A DNA stretch of 32,000 nt from Patescibacteria group bacterium. Its GTDB lineage: Bacteria > Patescibacteriota > UBA1384 > XYA2-FULL-43-10. The notes under the pieces are model-generated. The model was not told the DNA's origin, did no database searches, and worked only from the letters and a program-made list of their open reading frames with translations. The DNA lies in contig JBAYVT010000004.1 of NCBI GenBank assembly GCA_041674405.1, forward strand, positions 90,001 to 122,000. Reading direction: 5' to 3'. The translations under genes and the position numbers were made by a program. This document shows, one piece after another, positions 1 through 7,007 of the stretch. Positions within the stretch are counted from its first letter, which is position 1; each line of letters starts with the position of its first letter.

Positions 1-76
1 TATGAACAATTTAGTCTCTGGAATTATCATGATTAAGAAAAGCAACAATCAGGTGCGTCGTCATCATTACCCGTTT

Positions 77-158
77 CTCTCGAGCTGCTTTTTTGTTGTG
101 TAAAACTTTATAAAATCTCATAGACATCAAGGTTGGCAGCTCGAGAGAGCTGTTTTTT
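77..158 (+). promoter_or_regulatory. Candidate leader with terminator hairpin CAGCTC-GAGA-GAGCTG-TTTTTT (137-158) and competing upstream arm CTCTCGAGCTGC (77-88)
   Basis: Arm 77-88 is the exact reverse complement of 136-147. 137-142 pairs with 147-152 and is followed by T6. Confidence 0.5.
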
Positions 159-214
159 CGTACCTTGAAATCTTGTCTGTAATAAAATCAATCTGGAAAA
201 GGAGATGGTAGAAG

Positions 215-1237
215 GTGGTAAACACGAGTGAGGTTGTCGGTAAGTCCGAGTGTGCGCGGATCATTTCAGAAATGATCCGGCCCGAGTCAGCGTCTGGAAA
301 GATGCTGTACCGCGATCAAGACGAGATTCTCTCAATGCTCGAATCCGGACATAGCACGTTCATCCGAGATGGCGCCGGTATGCCGGTGTCATTCTGCGGC
401 TTCTATGAGTTCGACCAATACATCGAGGTCGGCTCTACGATCACGAATCCGGAATTTCGCGGGCGTGGGCTTGCCACCGAGTGCCTTTACCGGGTGCTGG
501 ATGCCATTCAGTGTTCCGGGAAGGAGATAGTGGCATTCTGCAACGATGGCTCAGCTGGTCTCTTTGCGAAAGCCGGATTCAGCGAACGGCCAAAGGCCGA
601 GATGCCGGACGAAGCGCTAGCTTTTTGCGCAGACTGTGCGGAGAGCCAAACATTCCCAGGATGTCACTGCCGCTACATGGTATTTGGGCATCGAGTTGTG
701 CAGGGAAGGGGCGTCTGGCACACGATCATCGAAGACCCGGCAGGCGGCCAGCTTAAAAAGGTGGCAGAGCTTTACTGCCAAGTCTGGGCGGAGCCGCCTT
801 GGGACGAGTACGACTGGGATCTGGCCGAGGTTGAGACCGAACTTAGTGAAGCGTCAAGTGATCCAGCAACGGCATTCTTTGTGAGTATGGTCCGTGGAGA
901 AGTCAACGGCTTCACCATAGGCTACCCGATGGACAAGACGGCGCTTGCGGCGAAAGCCGGAGGAGAACAACTTGGCCATCTGTGCGAAGATCGCAGGCAG
1001 GTCTTCTATGTGGCCGAACTGGGAGTGGCGAAAGAATCCCGGTGCCATGGCACGGGAATCATGCTATCAGAGCTACTCTCTGCCAGGGCAAGGTCTCTCG
1101 GGTACAGCCGGCTGATCCTGCGTACTCACATAAAGGCCGCCCCCGCCAGGGCGTTGTATGCCAGGCTGGGGTTTGTCGATACCGGCATTCCTGACGCAAA
1201 CTACCCCGATCGCACATACTGGGTTTACGACGAATAG
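215..1237 (+). CDS. Tandem GNAT-family N-acetyltransferase
   Basis: 340 aa ORF, GTG start with AGGAG about 10 nt upstream. N-terminal GNAT motif NPEFRGRGLATECLYRVLDAI and second C-terminal GNAT-like half (VAELGVAKESRCHGTGIMLSELLSARARSLGYSRLILRT...ARALYARLGFVDTG). Confidence 0.85.
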   Translation: MVNTSEVVGKSECARIISEMIRPESASGKMLYRDQDEILSMLESGHSTFIRDGAGMPVSFCGFYEFDQYIEVGSTITNPEFRGRGLATECLYRVLDAIQCSGKEIVAFCNDGSAGLFAKAGFSERPKAEMPDEALAFCADCAESQTFPGCHCRYMVFGHRVVQGRGVWHTIIEDPAGGQLKKVAELYCQVWAEPPWDEYDWDLAEVETELSEASSDPATAFFVSMVRGEVNGFTIGYPMDKTALAAKAGGEQLGHLCEDRRQVFYVAELGVAKESRCHGTGIMLSELLSARARSLGYSRLILRTHIKAAPARALYARLGFVDTGIPDANYPDRTYWVYDE

Positions 1238-1256
1238 CGCAAGGTACGAACATCCA

Positions 1257-1282
1257 GCCGAGCGGGCAAAAACCCGCTCGGC
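1257..1282. repeat. Strong stem-loop GCCGAGCGGG-caaaaa-CCCGCTCGGC
   Basis: Perfect 10-bp inverted repeat 20 nt after the GNAT stop, no T-tract. Confidence 0.85.
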
Positions 1283-1307
1283 CAGCATTCATAAATTAAG
1301 GAGAAAA

Positions 1308-2375
1308 ATGGATCTGGAAATCTTAAAAAAGTTAGTAGAGTTTGACACAAGATCGGAAAATACGAATTTGCCGCTAATTTATTATTGCCAAAAGAAATTT
1401 GAAGAGTATGGTTTTGAAACGCGAATATGGGGAAAGGACAACAAAGCAAATTTATTTGCATTCAAGCCTGCTTATGGCAGTAGAATTGTACTTTCGGCGC
1501 ATACCGACACCGTCCCGCCCGGCGAAGGTTGGAATTCGGACCCATTCAAGCTTGAACAAAATGAAGATTCGATAATTGGGTTGGGTATTGCCGACATGAA
1601 AATTTTTATTGCGATCATGCTTAAATTGGCTCAAGCTAATTTAGCCAAAAATTTAGCCTTTCTTCTAACTTACAACGAAGAAACCGATTTCGAAGGGGCA
1701 AAATTAATTGATAGAAAAATTATCGGCAAAAGCGATTATTTAATCATTGGAGAACCGACTGGCGGGAAGATTATTACAAATTCTAAGGGTCTTGTCGCAT
1801 ATGAGCTGGAATTGACCGGAAAAGGAGGCCACGGAAGCGAACCGGAAAATGGAGTCTCCAGCATATTAGACTCATCAAAATTTATTTTAGAATTGTCGAA
1901 AGGATTTAAAGAAATTCAAGAAAAAAACAAAGATGATTCATTTGTAAATCCACTGCCTACTTTGAATTTTGGCACAATTTCTGGCGGAGAAGCTATAAAC
2001 AGCATACCGGTTGGGACAAATTTGTCGTTTGAAATCAGAACCACAAATGCAGCAGTTGAAAAAATATTTAATGAACTAATCAAAAAGACATCCAAATCTT
2101 TAAAATCCTCAGTAAGTTTCACGAAAAAAATATCGCTGAATCCGTTCGTGTCTTCTGGTAAAGTGGTAAAAATTATCAAAAAATCTGGGTTGCCTGTCGA
2201 AAAAGGGCCATCATACGCCACAGAGGCTAATATTTTGGCGGATATATGTCCAAATGCTGTTATCTTTGGGCCAGGGGAGATTAAATACGCACATAAAGAG
2301 AATGAGAAAATCAGTTTCAAAGGGATTGTTAAATACAAAAAAGATTTGACATATCTGATTAGTGTGTTAAAGTAA
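1308..2375 (+). CDS. M20-family metallopeptidase (ArgE/DapE/CPG2-like)
   Basis: SD AAGGAG before ATG 1308. Motifs LSAHTDTVPPGEGW, GLGIADMK, LTYNEETDFEGAK, ELTGKGGHGSEPENG, typical of M20 peptidases. The 1158 start of the ORF track lies inside the preceding gene. Confidence 0.88.
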   Translation: MDLEILKKLVEFDTRSENTNLPLIYYCQKKFEEYGFETRIWGKDNKANLFAFKPAYGSRIVLSAHTDTVPPGEGWNSDPFKLEQNEDSIIGLGIADMKIFIAIMLKLAQANLAKNLAFLLTYNEETDFEGAKLIDRKIIGKSDYLIIGEPTGGKIITNSKGLVAYELELTGKGGHGSEPENGVSSILDSSKFILELSKGFKEIQEKNKDDSFVNPLPTLNFGTISGGEAINSIPVGTNLSFEIRTTNAAVEKIFNELIKKTSKSLKSSVSFTKKISLNPFVSSGKVVKIIKKSGLPVEKGPSYATEANILADICPNAVIFGPGEIKYAHKENEKISFKGIVKYKKDLTYLISVLK

Positions 2376-2488
2376 GATCAAACTTAGCAGTTAAGTTTAA
2401 ATTTATGGAATCACAAATGCACAAAATTTATTTTACTTGCGGTACCGATCGAGTTAAGACCTGCGGCATTTTTGATGGTTCCAAATTA

Positions 2489-2517
2489 TTGATCTAATAA
2501 TTTTCTAAAACTATACA
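2489..2517 (+). promoter_or_regulatory. Candidate sigma70 promoter TTGATC-N17-TATACA
   Basis: Direct match with 17-bp spacer; -10 region abuts the hairpin at 2517. Confidence 0.35.
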
Positions 2518-2552
2518 TCAAAAAGCCGCCGGTCCATGGGCGGTTTTTTGAT
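2517..2552. terminator. Hairpin ATCAAAAAGCCGCC-ggtccatg-GGCGGTTTTTTGAT
   Basis: 14-nt arms with a single G.U wobble. A-tract on one side and T-tract on the other (bidirectional terminator geometry). Confidence 0.75.
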
Positions 2553-2555
2553 TTT

Positions 2556-2586
2556 CTTGTGCTCTTAAAGTCGAGAAGGGCACAAG
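2556..2586. repeat. Stem-loop CTTGTGCTCTT-aaagtcgag-AAGGGCACAAG in leader
   Basis: 11-bp stem with one G.U wobble. Confidence 0.7.
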
Positions 2587-2601
2587 CGCAGTCAAACTAA
2601 T

Positions 2602-2615
2602 TGCCCCATGGGGCA
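2602..2615. repeat. Perfect palindrome TGCCCCATGGGGCA near the ribosome-binding site
   Basis: 14-nt perfect palindrome, 14 nt before the ATG at 2630. Confidence 0.85.
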
Positions 2616-2629
2616 GAAAGGAAAGAAAA

Positions 2630-3301
2630 ATGTACGGTCCGAAAATCAAATTCGCGTACGATCGAGGGGAAAAGAGCGGGGGAAGAGTTGAGGTCGAGCT
2701 TGGCTCGCCGGCTGACGAGGTCGTTGCTGCCAAACAATTCACTGAGTGGATCAACGACAATCGGATTCGCCTATACCTGGCGACTCCGGCGCCGTGCACG
2801 GAAAGTGCTGAGATGGATTGGGTGAAGAACCAAAACAACCGGCCAGACGACCTGTCGTGGAATATCATGATTGAAGGCGAGATGGTCGGCAATATCGGTT
2901 TGCATCGTATTGACCGAACGCATCGCCGTGCCGAACTCGGTATTATGATCGGCGACAAGAAACGCTGGGGGAAGGGATTAGCCCAGGCGTTGGAGGCGGT
3001 AATTCTCGACTACGCCTTTTCAAACATTGTCGCCGGAGGCCTGAATAAGGTCGCAGCCGAGGTCCTTGACGGCAACGAACCGAGCCGTGCAGCAATCAAG
3101 AAATGCGGCTTCCGCGATGTAGCAGTGCGCCGAGAGCATTTCTGGTTCTTCGGTCGATGGTACGATGCCTGGGAAGGCGAGATCTTGGCCTCCGAGTGGT
3201 CAAAAAATCGCGCCAAGGTGATGAAAGCCGTGGGGATCAAGTATCTTGACCTCTACTGCGGCTGCGCTTCAGAAGGCTTCACGCCCGAGAAATTCGACTA
3301 G
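2630..3301 (+). CDS. GNAT-family N-acetyltransferase, RimJ/RimL-like
   Basis: 223 aa; motifs WNIMIEGEMVGNIGLHRIDRTHRRAELGIMIGDKKRWGKGLAQALEAVILDYAF ... NEPSRAAIKKCGF; purine-rich SD AGAAAGGAAAG. Confidence 0.88.
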   Translation: MYGPKIKFAYDRGEKSGGRVEVELGSPADEVVAAKQFTEWINDNRIRLYLATPAPCTESAEMDWVKNQNNRPDDLSWNIMIEGEMVGNIGLHRIDRTHRRAELGIMIGDKKRWGKGLAQALEAVILDYAFSNIVAGGLNKVAAEVLDGNEPSRAAIKKCGFRDVAVRREHFWFFGRWYDAWEGEILASEWSKNRAKVMKAVGIKYLDLYCGCASEGFTPEKFD

Positions 3302-3305
3302 GACA

Positions 3306-3335
3306 AATCCCTCACCCTTGCAAGGGTGAGGGATT
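3306..3335. terminator. 30-nt perfect palindrome AATCCCTCACCCTTG|CAAGGGTGAGGGATT just after GNAT stop
   Basis: Exact inverted repeat starting 5 nt after the stop codon. No U-tract, so terminator function is only likely. Confidence 0.65.
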
Positions 3336-3371
3336 CTAATTATTGGCACAACATGTTAAGATAGCGATGTC

Positions 3372-3995
3372 ATGATAACTGCACTTATCGATATTCTTGC
3401 AAATTTTGTTGTGAATACTATTCATGTTCTGGGCGCTCCAGGACTATTTTTCTTAATGTTTATCGAATCCTGTGGGATTCCGATGCCCTCCGAGGTTATA
3501 ATGCCATTCTCGGGCTTTCTGGTGGCCGACCATGTGATGAACTTCTGGCTTGTTGTCGTTGTTGGCGCACTCGGGAACCTTGCAGGTTCTTTATTGGCCT
3601 ACTGGATTGGTTGGCGAGGCGGCCGTCCACTTATCGAAAAATATGGCAAATATATCTTGATCTCCAAGCATGATCTTGATCGCGCTGACGTCTGGTTTCA
3701 AAAATACGGCGATGCAACAACTTTTGTCGGGAGGATTTTGCCTATCGTTCGCACCTACATTTCATTTCCTGCGGGGATTTCGAAAATGGAGATCAAAAAA
3801 TTTTCATTTTACACATTTATCGGAGCTCTTATTTGGAGTGCGGCGCTTACTTGGGGAGGGGTTATTCTTGGCGAGAATTGGGAATTGATTCGGGCAAAAT
3901 TGCACACTTTCGATACGGCAATATTGATCATAATTATTGTCCTGATTGCACTTTATATATATCGGCATATTCGCAATATCAAAAAGGCAAATTAG
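3372..3995 (+). CDS. DedA-family / SNARE-associated-like integral membrane protein
   Basis: 207 aa hydrophobic protein; motifs FIESCGIPMPSEVIMPFSGFL, GNLAGSLLAYWIGWRGG, FVGRILPIVRTYISFPAGISKM typical of DedA. Confidence 0.92.
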   Translation: MITALIDILANFVVNTIHVLGAPGLFFLMFIESCGIPMPSEVIMPFSGFLVADHVMNFWLVVVVGALGNLAGSLLAYWIGWRGGRPLIEKYGKYILISKHDLDRADVWFQKYGDATTFVGRILPIVRTYISFPAGISKMEIKKFSFYTFIGALIWSAALTWGGVILGENWELIRAKLHTFDTAILIIIIVLIALYIYRHIRNIKKAN

Positions 3996-4005
3996 TTTTT
4001 TTCTA

Positions 4006-4034
4006 TTGACATAAAATATAATTTGTACTATTGT
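4006..4034 (+). promoter_or_regulatory. Candidate sigma70 promoter TTGACA-N17-TATTGT
   Basis: Perfect -35 hexamer and 17-bp spacer in an intergenic region. Confidence 0.55.
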
Positions 4035-4040
4035 AATGCT

Positions 4041-4175
4041 CCACAATATTATTGTGTGCCCATGTTTATACAGGGGGATGCAGTATATGGGCGTTAATGC
4101 CTTGCCCACCTTTGCTGTAGTATAGACATCTTATGGAGAAAACCGGCGATGGCCCCCTTTCTAGGGGGCCATCGC
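4041..4175 (+). ncRNA. Candidate structured small RNA
   Basis: Follows the promoter at 4006. Four consecutive predicted hairpins: 4042-4056, 4067-4087, 4088-4108, 4146-4175. The last is a perfect 12-bp stem GCGATGGCCCCC/GGGGGCCATCGC. No ORF beyond 29 codons. Confidence 0.4.
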
Positions 4176-4220
4176 TGTGTCTGATAGATCTATTTTAATT
4201 AAAAAGTCCAAATTCCAAGT

Positions 4221-5492
4221 TTAGTTTGCTTCGGATTTGGTTTCTTTGGCCTTGTCCAATGGAATTTTGATATTTAGGAAGCTGTCTGCTGCAGACTCAA
4301 CCTTGATTTTTTCTCCTATATAGCCATTTTCAGCCTTTGATGGAAATGAATAGCCCTCTTTGGTTACGGTAATCTTGTATTCGCCCTCAGTAACAATAAA
4401 ACCAAACCTGCCATCTTTGTCGGTGGCACGCGTCTCAATAATTCTTTCATCGGAAGCATCATGCAAGCGAACTAGTGCAAGATCCACCGGCTTTTTTGTT
4501 TCTGATTCGTAAACTATTCCCCAGGGCAGCGGAGTTTGGTTGATCATCACGATAAAGCCCGGTTCATTTTTCCTAAGTTCTATTCTGGCAATGCTGATAT
4601 CGTAAATGTTTTTTAGTTCATCTTGGGCCTTGAAGGAGAACCTCTTGGTGTTATTCGATTTGAAATCTTCAAGATAAATGACAAGTTTTGGTGCAAAGAA
4701 AATTGGTAGTTCGCGAACTGGAAAATTGGTTAAATCTTTTTTGTTTTTCAACATTTCGGAAAGCGCTTCATTGATCTGAACAATTCTTAAGTGATTATCA
4801 AGTACAATCAATCCTTCCCGCATATTTTTCAAAATTTCATCGGAAGTCGTTTTCGATTGTTGATAGAGCTTCTTGTTTTCCATTGCCAATTTAGCAATTT
4901 TATCTCGACTTTTGCGAATCATATTGTTGAAGTAAATAGTCATTAATCCAACAAGAATAATAAAAAGAAGGCTGAAAATTGTCCCGACTTTCCAGGCAAC
5001 GCTTTCACCGCGTATATCATATGGTTCTGCCAAAAATCTTATACCCGAATATTCTATGGCAAACATTGCGCTTATGGATGCAAGGACAGTTAAGAGCGTA
5101 GTAATGCCGAAGGATAAGCTTTGCGAGGCGGCAAAAATGACTGAAGGTAAAAAAGCAAGTAAAAATGATGATCGTCCGACAGGGTAGTAATGCACAAATA
5201 TCGCCAGGCTCAAAATGATAGAAGTTCCCATAATCAACAGAACAATTTCTTGCGCAAGCCTGCTAGCTTTAAAAACAATAAAAAGATTGAGTGCGACATT
5301 GGTTACTAGCGTCACAATGATTGCTTGCAACGCAAGCCAAAGTGGAATTGCATGAAAATAATAAACGAAAAACAAACCAAAAAATCCCTCGATCACAATA
5401 AGGGCATAGTTTGTTTCGACAAGCTTTAAAATATCCTGGGATTTTATCCCGAATAAAGTTTTTCCCTGGGACTCGACGAGATCTTCTGGCAT
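4221..5492 (-). CDS. Membrane protein with PAS-like sensor region and carboxypeptidase-regulatory-like C-terminal domain
   Basis: 423 aa; multiple N-terminal TM segments, charged helix, PAS-like EILKNMREGLIVLDNHLRIVQINEALSEMLK, then PWGIVYESETKKPVDLALVRLHD...ATDKDGRFGFIVTEGEYKITVTKEGY. Confidence 0.7.
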   Translation of the reverse strand: MPEDLVESQGKTLFGIKSQDILKLVETNYALIVIEGFFGLFFVYYFHAIPLWLALQAIIVTLVTNVALNLFIVFKASRLAQEIVLLIMGTSIILSLAIFVHYYPVGRSSFLLAFLPSVIFAASQSLSFGITTLLTVLASISAMFAIEYSGIRFLAEPYDIRGESVAWKVGTIFSLLFIILVGLMTIYFNNMIRKSRDKIAKLAMENKKLYQQSKTTSDEILKNMREGLIVLDNHLRIVQINEALSEMLKNKKDLTNFPVRELPIFFAPKLVIYLEDFKSNNTKRFSFKAQDELKNIYDISIARIELRKNEPGFIVMINQTPLPWGIVYESETKKPVDLALVRLHDASDERIIETRATDKDGRFGFIVTEGEYKITVTKEGYSFPSKAENGYIGEKIKVESAADSFLNIKIPLDKAKETKSEAN

Positions 5493-5510
5493 TGTCCCCT
5501 TGTTTTAAGG

Positions 5511-6131
5511 CTAATTTGCCGGGGTATTTGGCGGAATAAATGTGTTTGTAGCGTCGTCGTTTGGCGTATCAGAAGCAACTGGCGGAGTTGGTTCTGGCAT
5601 ACTTACTTCCGGTATAGCCGGTTGTTCAGCGGGGGGAAGATTGGGCAGAACGGCATTCTCCTCAGCACCTGTATTTAGAGGAGCCGCAGTATTGTTGCTA
5701 TCTGAAATTACCGGAGCAGGTTCCACTGGGGCCGGTTCAGGCACGGAGGAAGTGGGTGTGGCCGGCACAGATTCCTGCGGCAGGGGTGCTTCGGGGGCCG
5801 GAATGGTTTCAGCAGGAGCGGCCGGAACCGGCTCCTGAACCTCTGGCATAGGAGTTGAATCGGTTCCCACAAACGGCTCTACTGGTTGTGTGCTTTCAGG
5901 GCTATCAGAAGCCATATCAGAAATTTTTGCCATAACTTTAGCACCTTCGGTCCCTGTAAGTTTTTCCAAATGATTTACGCCGACAAGAACAGCAGATGGT
6001 TTGCCGTTTTTGGTGAGAACATACATATTGTCAGTACCCTCAACTTCATCAACAATCTTATTAAACATATCTCGCGCTTCGGTAACGGGAATTATTTTTT
6101 CAATATCAACTTGCAACATCTCCTCCTCCAT
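5511..6131 (-). CDS. Phd/YefM-like N-terminal domain fused to Pro/Ala/Glu-rich low-complexity tail
   Basis: 206 aa. N-terminus IEKIIPVTEARDMFNKIVDEVEGTDNMYVLTKNGKPSAVLVGVNHLEKL matches the antitoxin fold pattern; about 130 aa of P/A/E/V-rich tail. Actual start may be the ATG at 6119 after GGAGGAG. Confidence 0.7.
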   Translation of the reverse strand: MEEEMLQVDIEKIIPVTEARDMFNKIVDEVEGTDNMYVLTKNGKPSAVLVGVNHLEKLTGTEGAKVMAKISDMASDSPESTQPVEPFVGTDSTPMPEVQEPVPAAPAETIPAPEAPLPQESVPATPTSSVPEPAPVEPAPVISDSNNTAAPLNTGAEENAVLPNLPPAEQPAIPEVSMPEPTPPVASDTPNDDATNTFIPPNTPAN

Positions 6132-6269
6132 AACTTAACTAACTGATCAATTTTTATTAGGTTTAATCTGACATAATGATACGTTGGAAAAGAGATCTCG
6201 TCAAATTTCTGCTCGTAAAACAAACAGCGCATTTAAGGCTTGTAATGAAATATTTTCTGAGCAAGTATA

Positions 6270-7007
6270 CTATTTTTGTTTACGATAATAATCCAGGATT
6301 TTAGCACGATAGAAAATTGCCATTGTATCCGTAACCATTTTCTTAATTGCTTTAAAATTAATTCCACTCCCAGCCGCATTGAAGTCTAGTTCTACCGGTG
6401 CCTCAAATATTCTTCGATATCCCAGTTGGTGCGCAATCACCAACATCTCGAGATCAAAAGCGTATTGTTTAACTAAAACTCGCGGCATAATGTCTTTTGC
6501 CACATTCCTTTTTATAAATTTTAGCCCTGCCTGGGTATCGGTAACATTGAGCCCGAAAAGAAAGCGAATCATTTTGTGGTAAATCCAAGAATAAACCCTT
6601 CTTTTTTTAGGGTAATTCACTTTTGATGCCGGATGCCTTTTGGATCCTATCACGAAATCGGCATCGAAAATTTCCAGAAGTTTTACAAATTTATCGAATT
6701 GCGCAGGATCAAAATCTCCGCCGGCATCTGTAAAGGTTACAATGTCACCTTTTGCCATTTTGGTCCCGTATTTTAACGCGTGCCCCTTCCCATGGTTTTT
6801 TTCGTAACTGAATATTCTCACATTCTTGTTCTTAATTTTTTTGGCTTCTTTCAATGTGTTATCAGGTGATCCGTCTACAACTACGACCACCTCGTAGCTA
6901 TATTCAAGTACATCATGCGTATCAACGATGTTTTTTAATGTTTTATAGATATTTTTTTCCTCTTTGTAGGCAGGAATTACAATAGAAAGTTTAGGATTCA
7001 TTTTCAC
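6270..7007 (-). CDS. Glycosyltransferase family 2, dolichyl-phosphate-sugar-synthase-like
   Basis: LSIVIPAYKEEKNI, VVVVDGSPDNT, NHGKGHALKYGTKMAKGDIVTFTDAGGDFDP, VTDTQAGLKFIKR. Confidence 0.9.
   Translation of the reverse strand: MKMNPKLSIVIPAYKEEKNIYKTLKNIVDTHDVLEYSYEVVVVVDGSPDNTLKEAKKIKNKNVRIFSYEKNHGKGHALKYGTKMAKGDIVTFTDAGGDFDPAQFDKFVKLLEIFDADFVIGSKRHPASKVNYPKKRRVYSWIYHKMIRFLFGLNVTDTQAGLKFIKRNVAKDIMPRVLVKQYAFDLEMLVIAHQLGYRRIFEAPVELDFNAAGSGINFKAIKKMVTDTMAIFYRAKILDYYRKQK

Noticed and set aside
2380-2398. AAACTTA-gcagt-TAAGTTT hairpin after the M20 gene
   Set aside because: Weak AT-only stem with no T-run; not enough to call a terminator.
2518-2958. 146-aa minus ORF across the GNAT2 leader
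   Set aside because: Antisense to a well-supported GNAT gene and includes the terminator hairpin; no motif.
5542-5838. 98-aa + strand ORF, Gly/Ala/Ser-rich
   Set aside because: Antisense of the Pro-rich tail (CCx/GGx codons); low-complexity artefact.
5511-6131. Phd-like gene as a classical toxin-antitoxin pair
   Set aside because: Both neighbours are explained (PAS membrane protein and GT2) and no small toxin ORF with Doc/RelE/PIN-like motifs is present.
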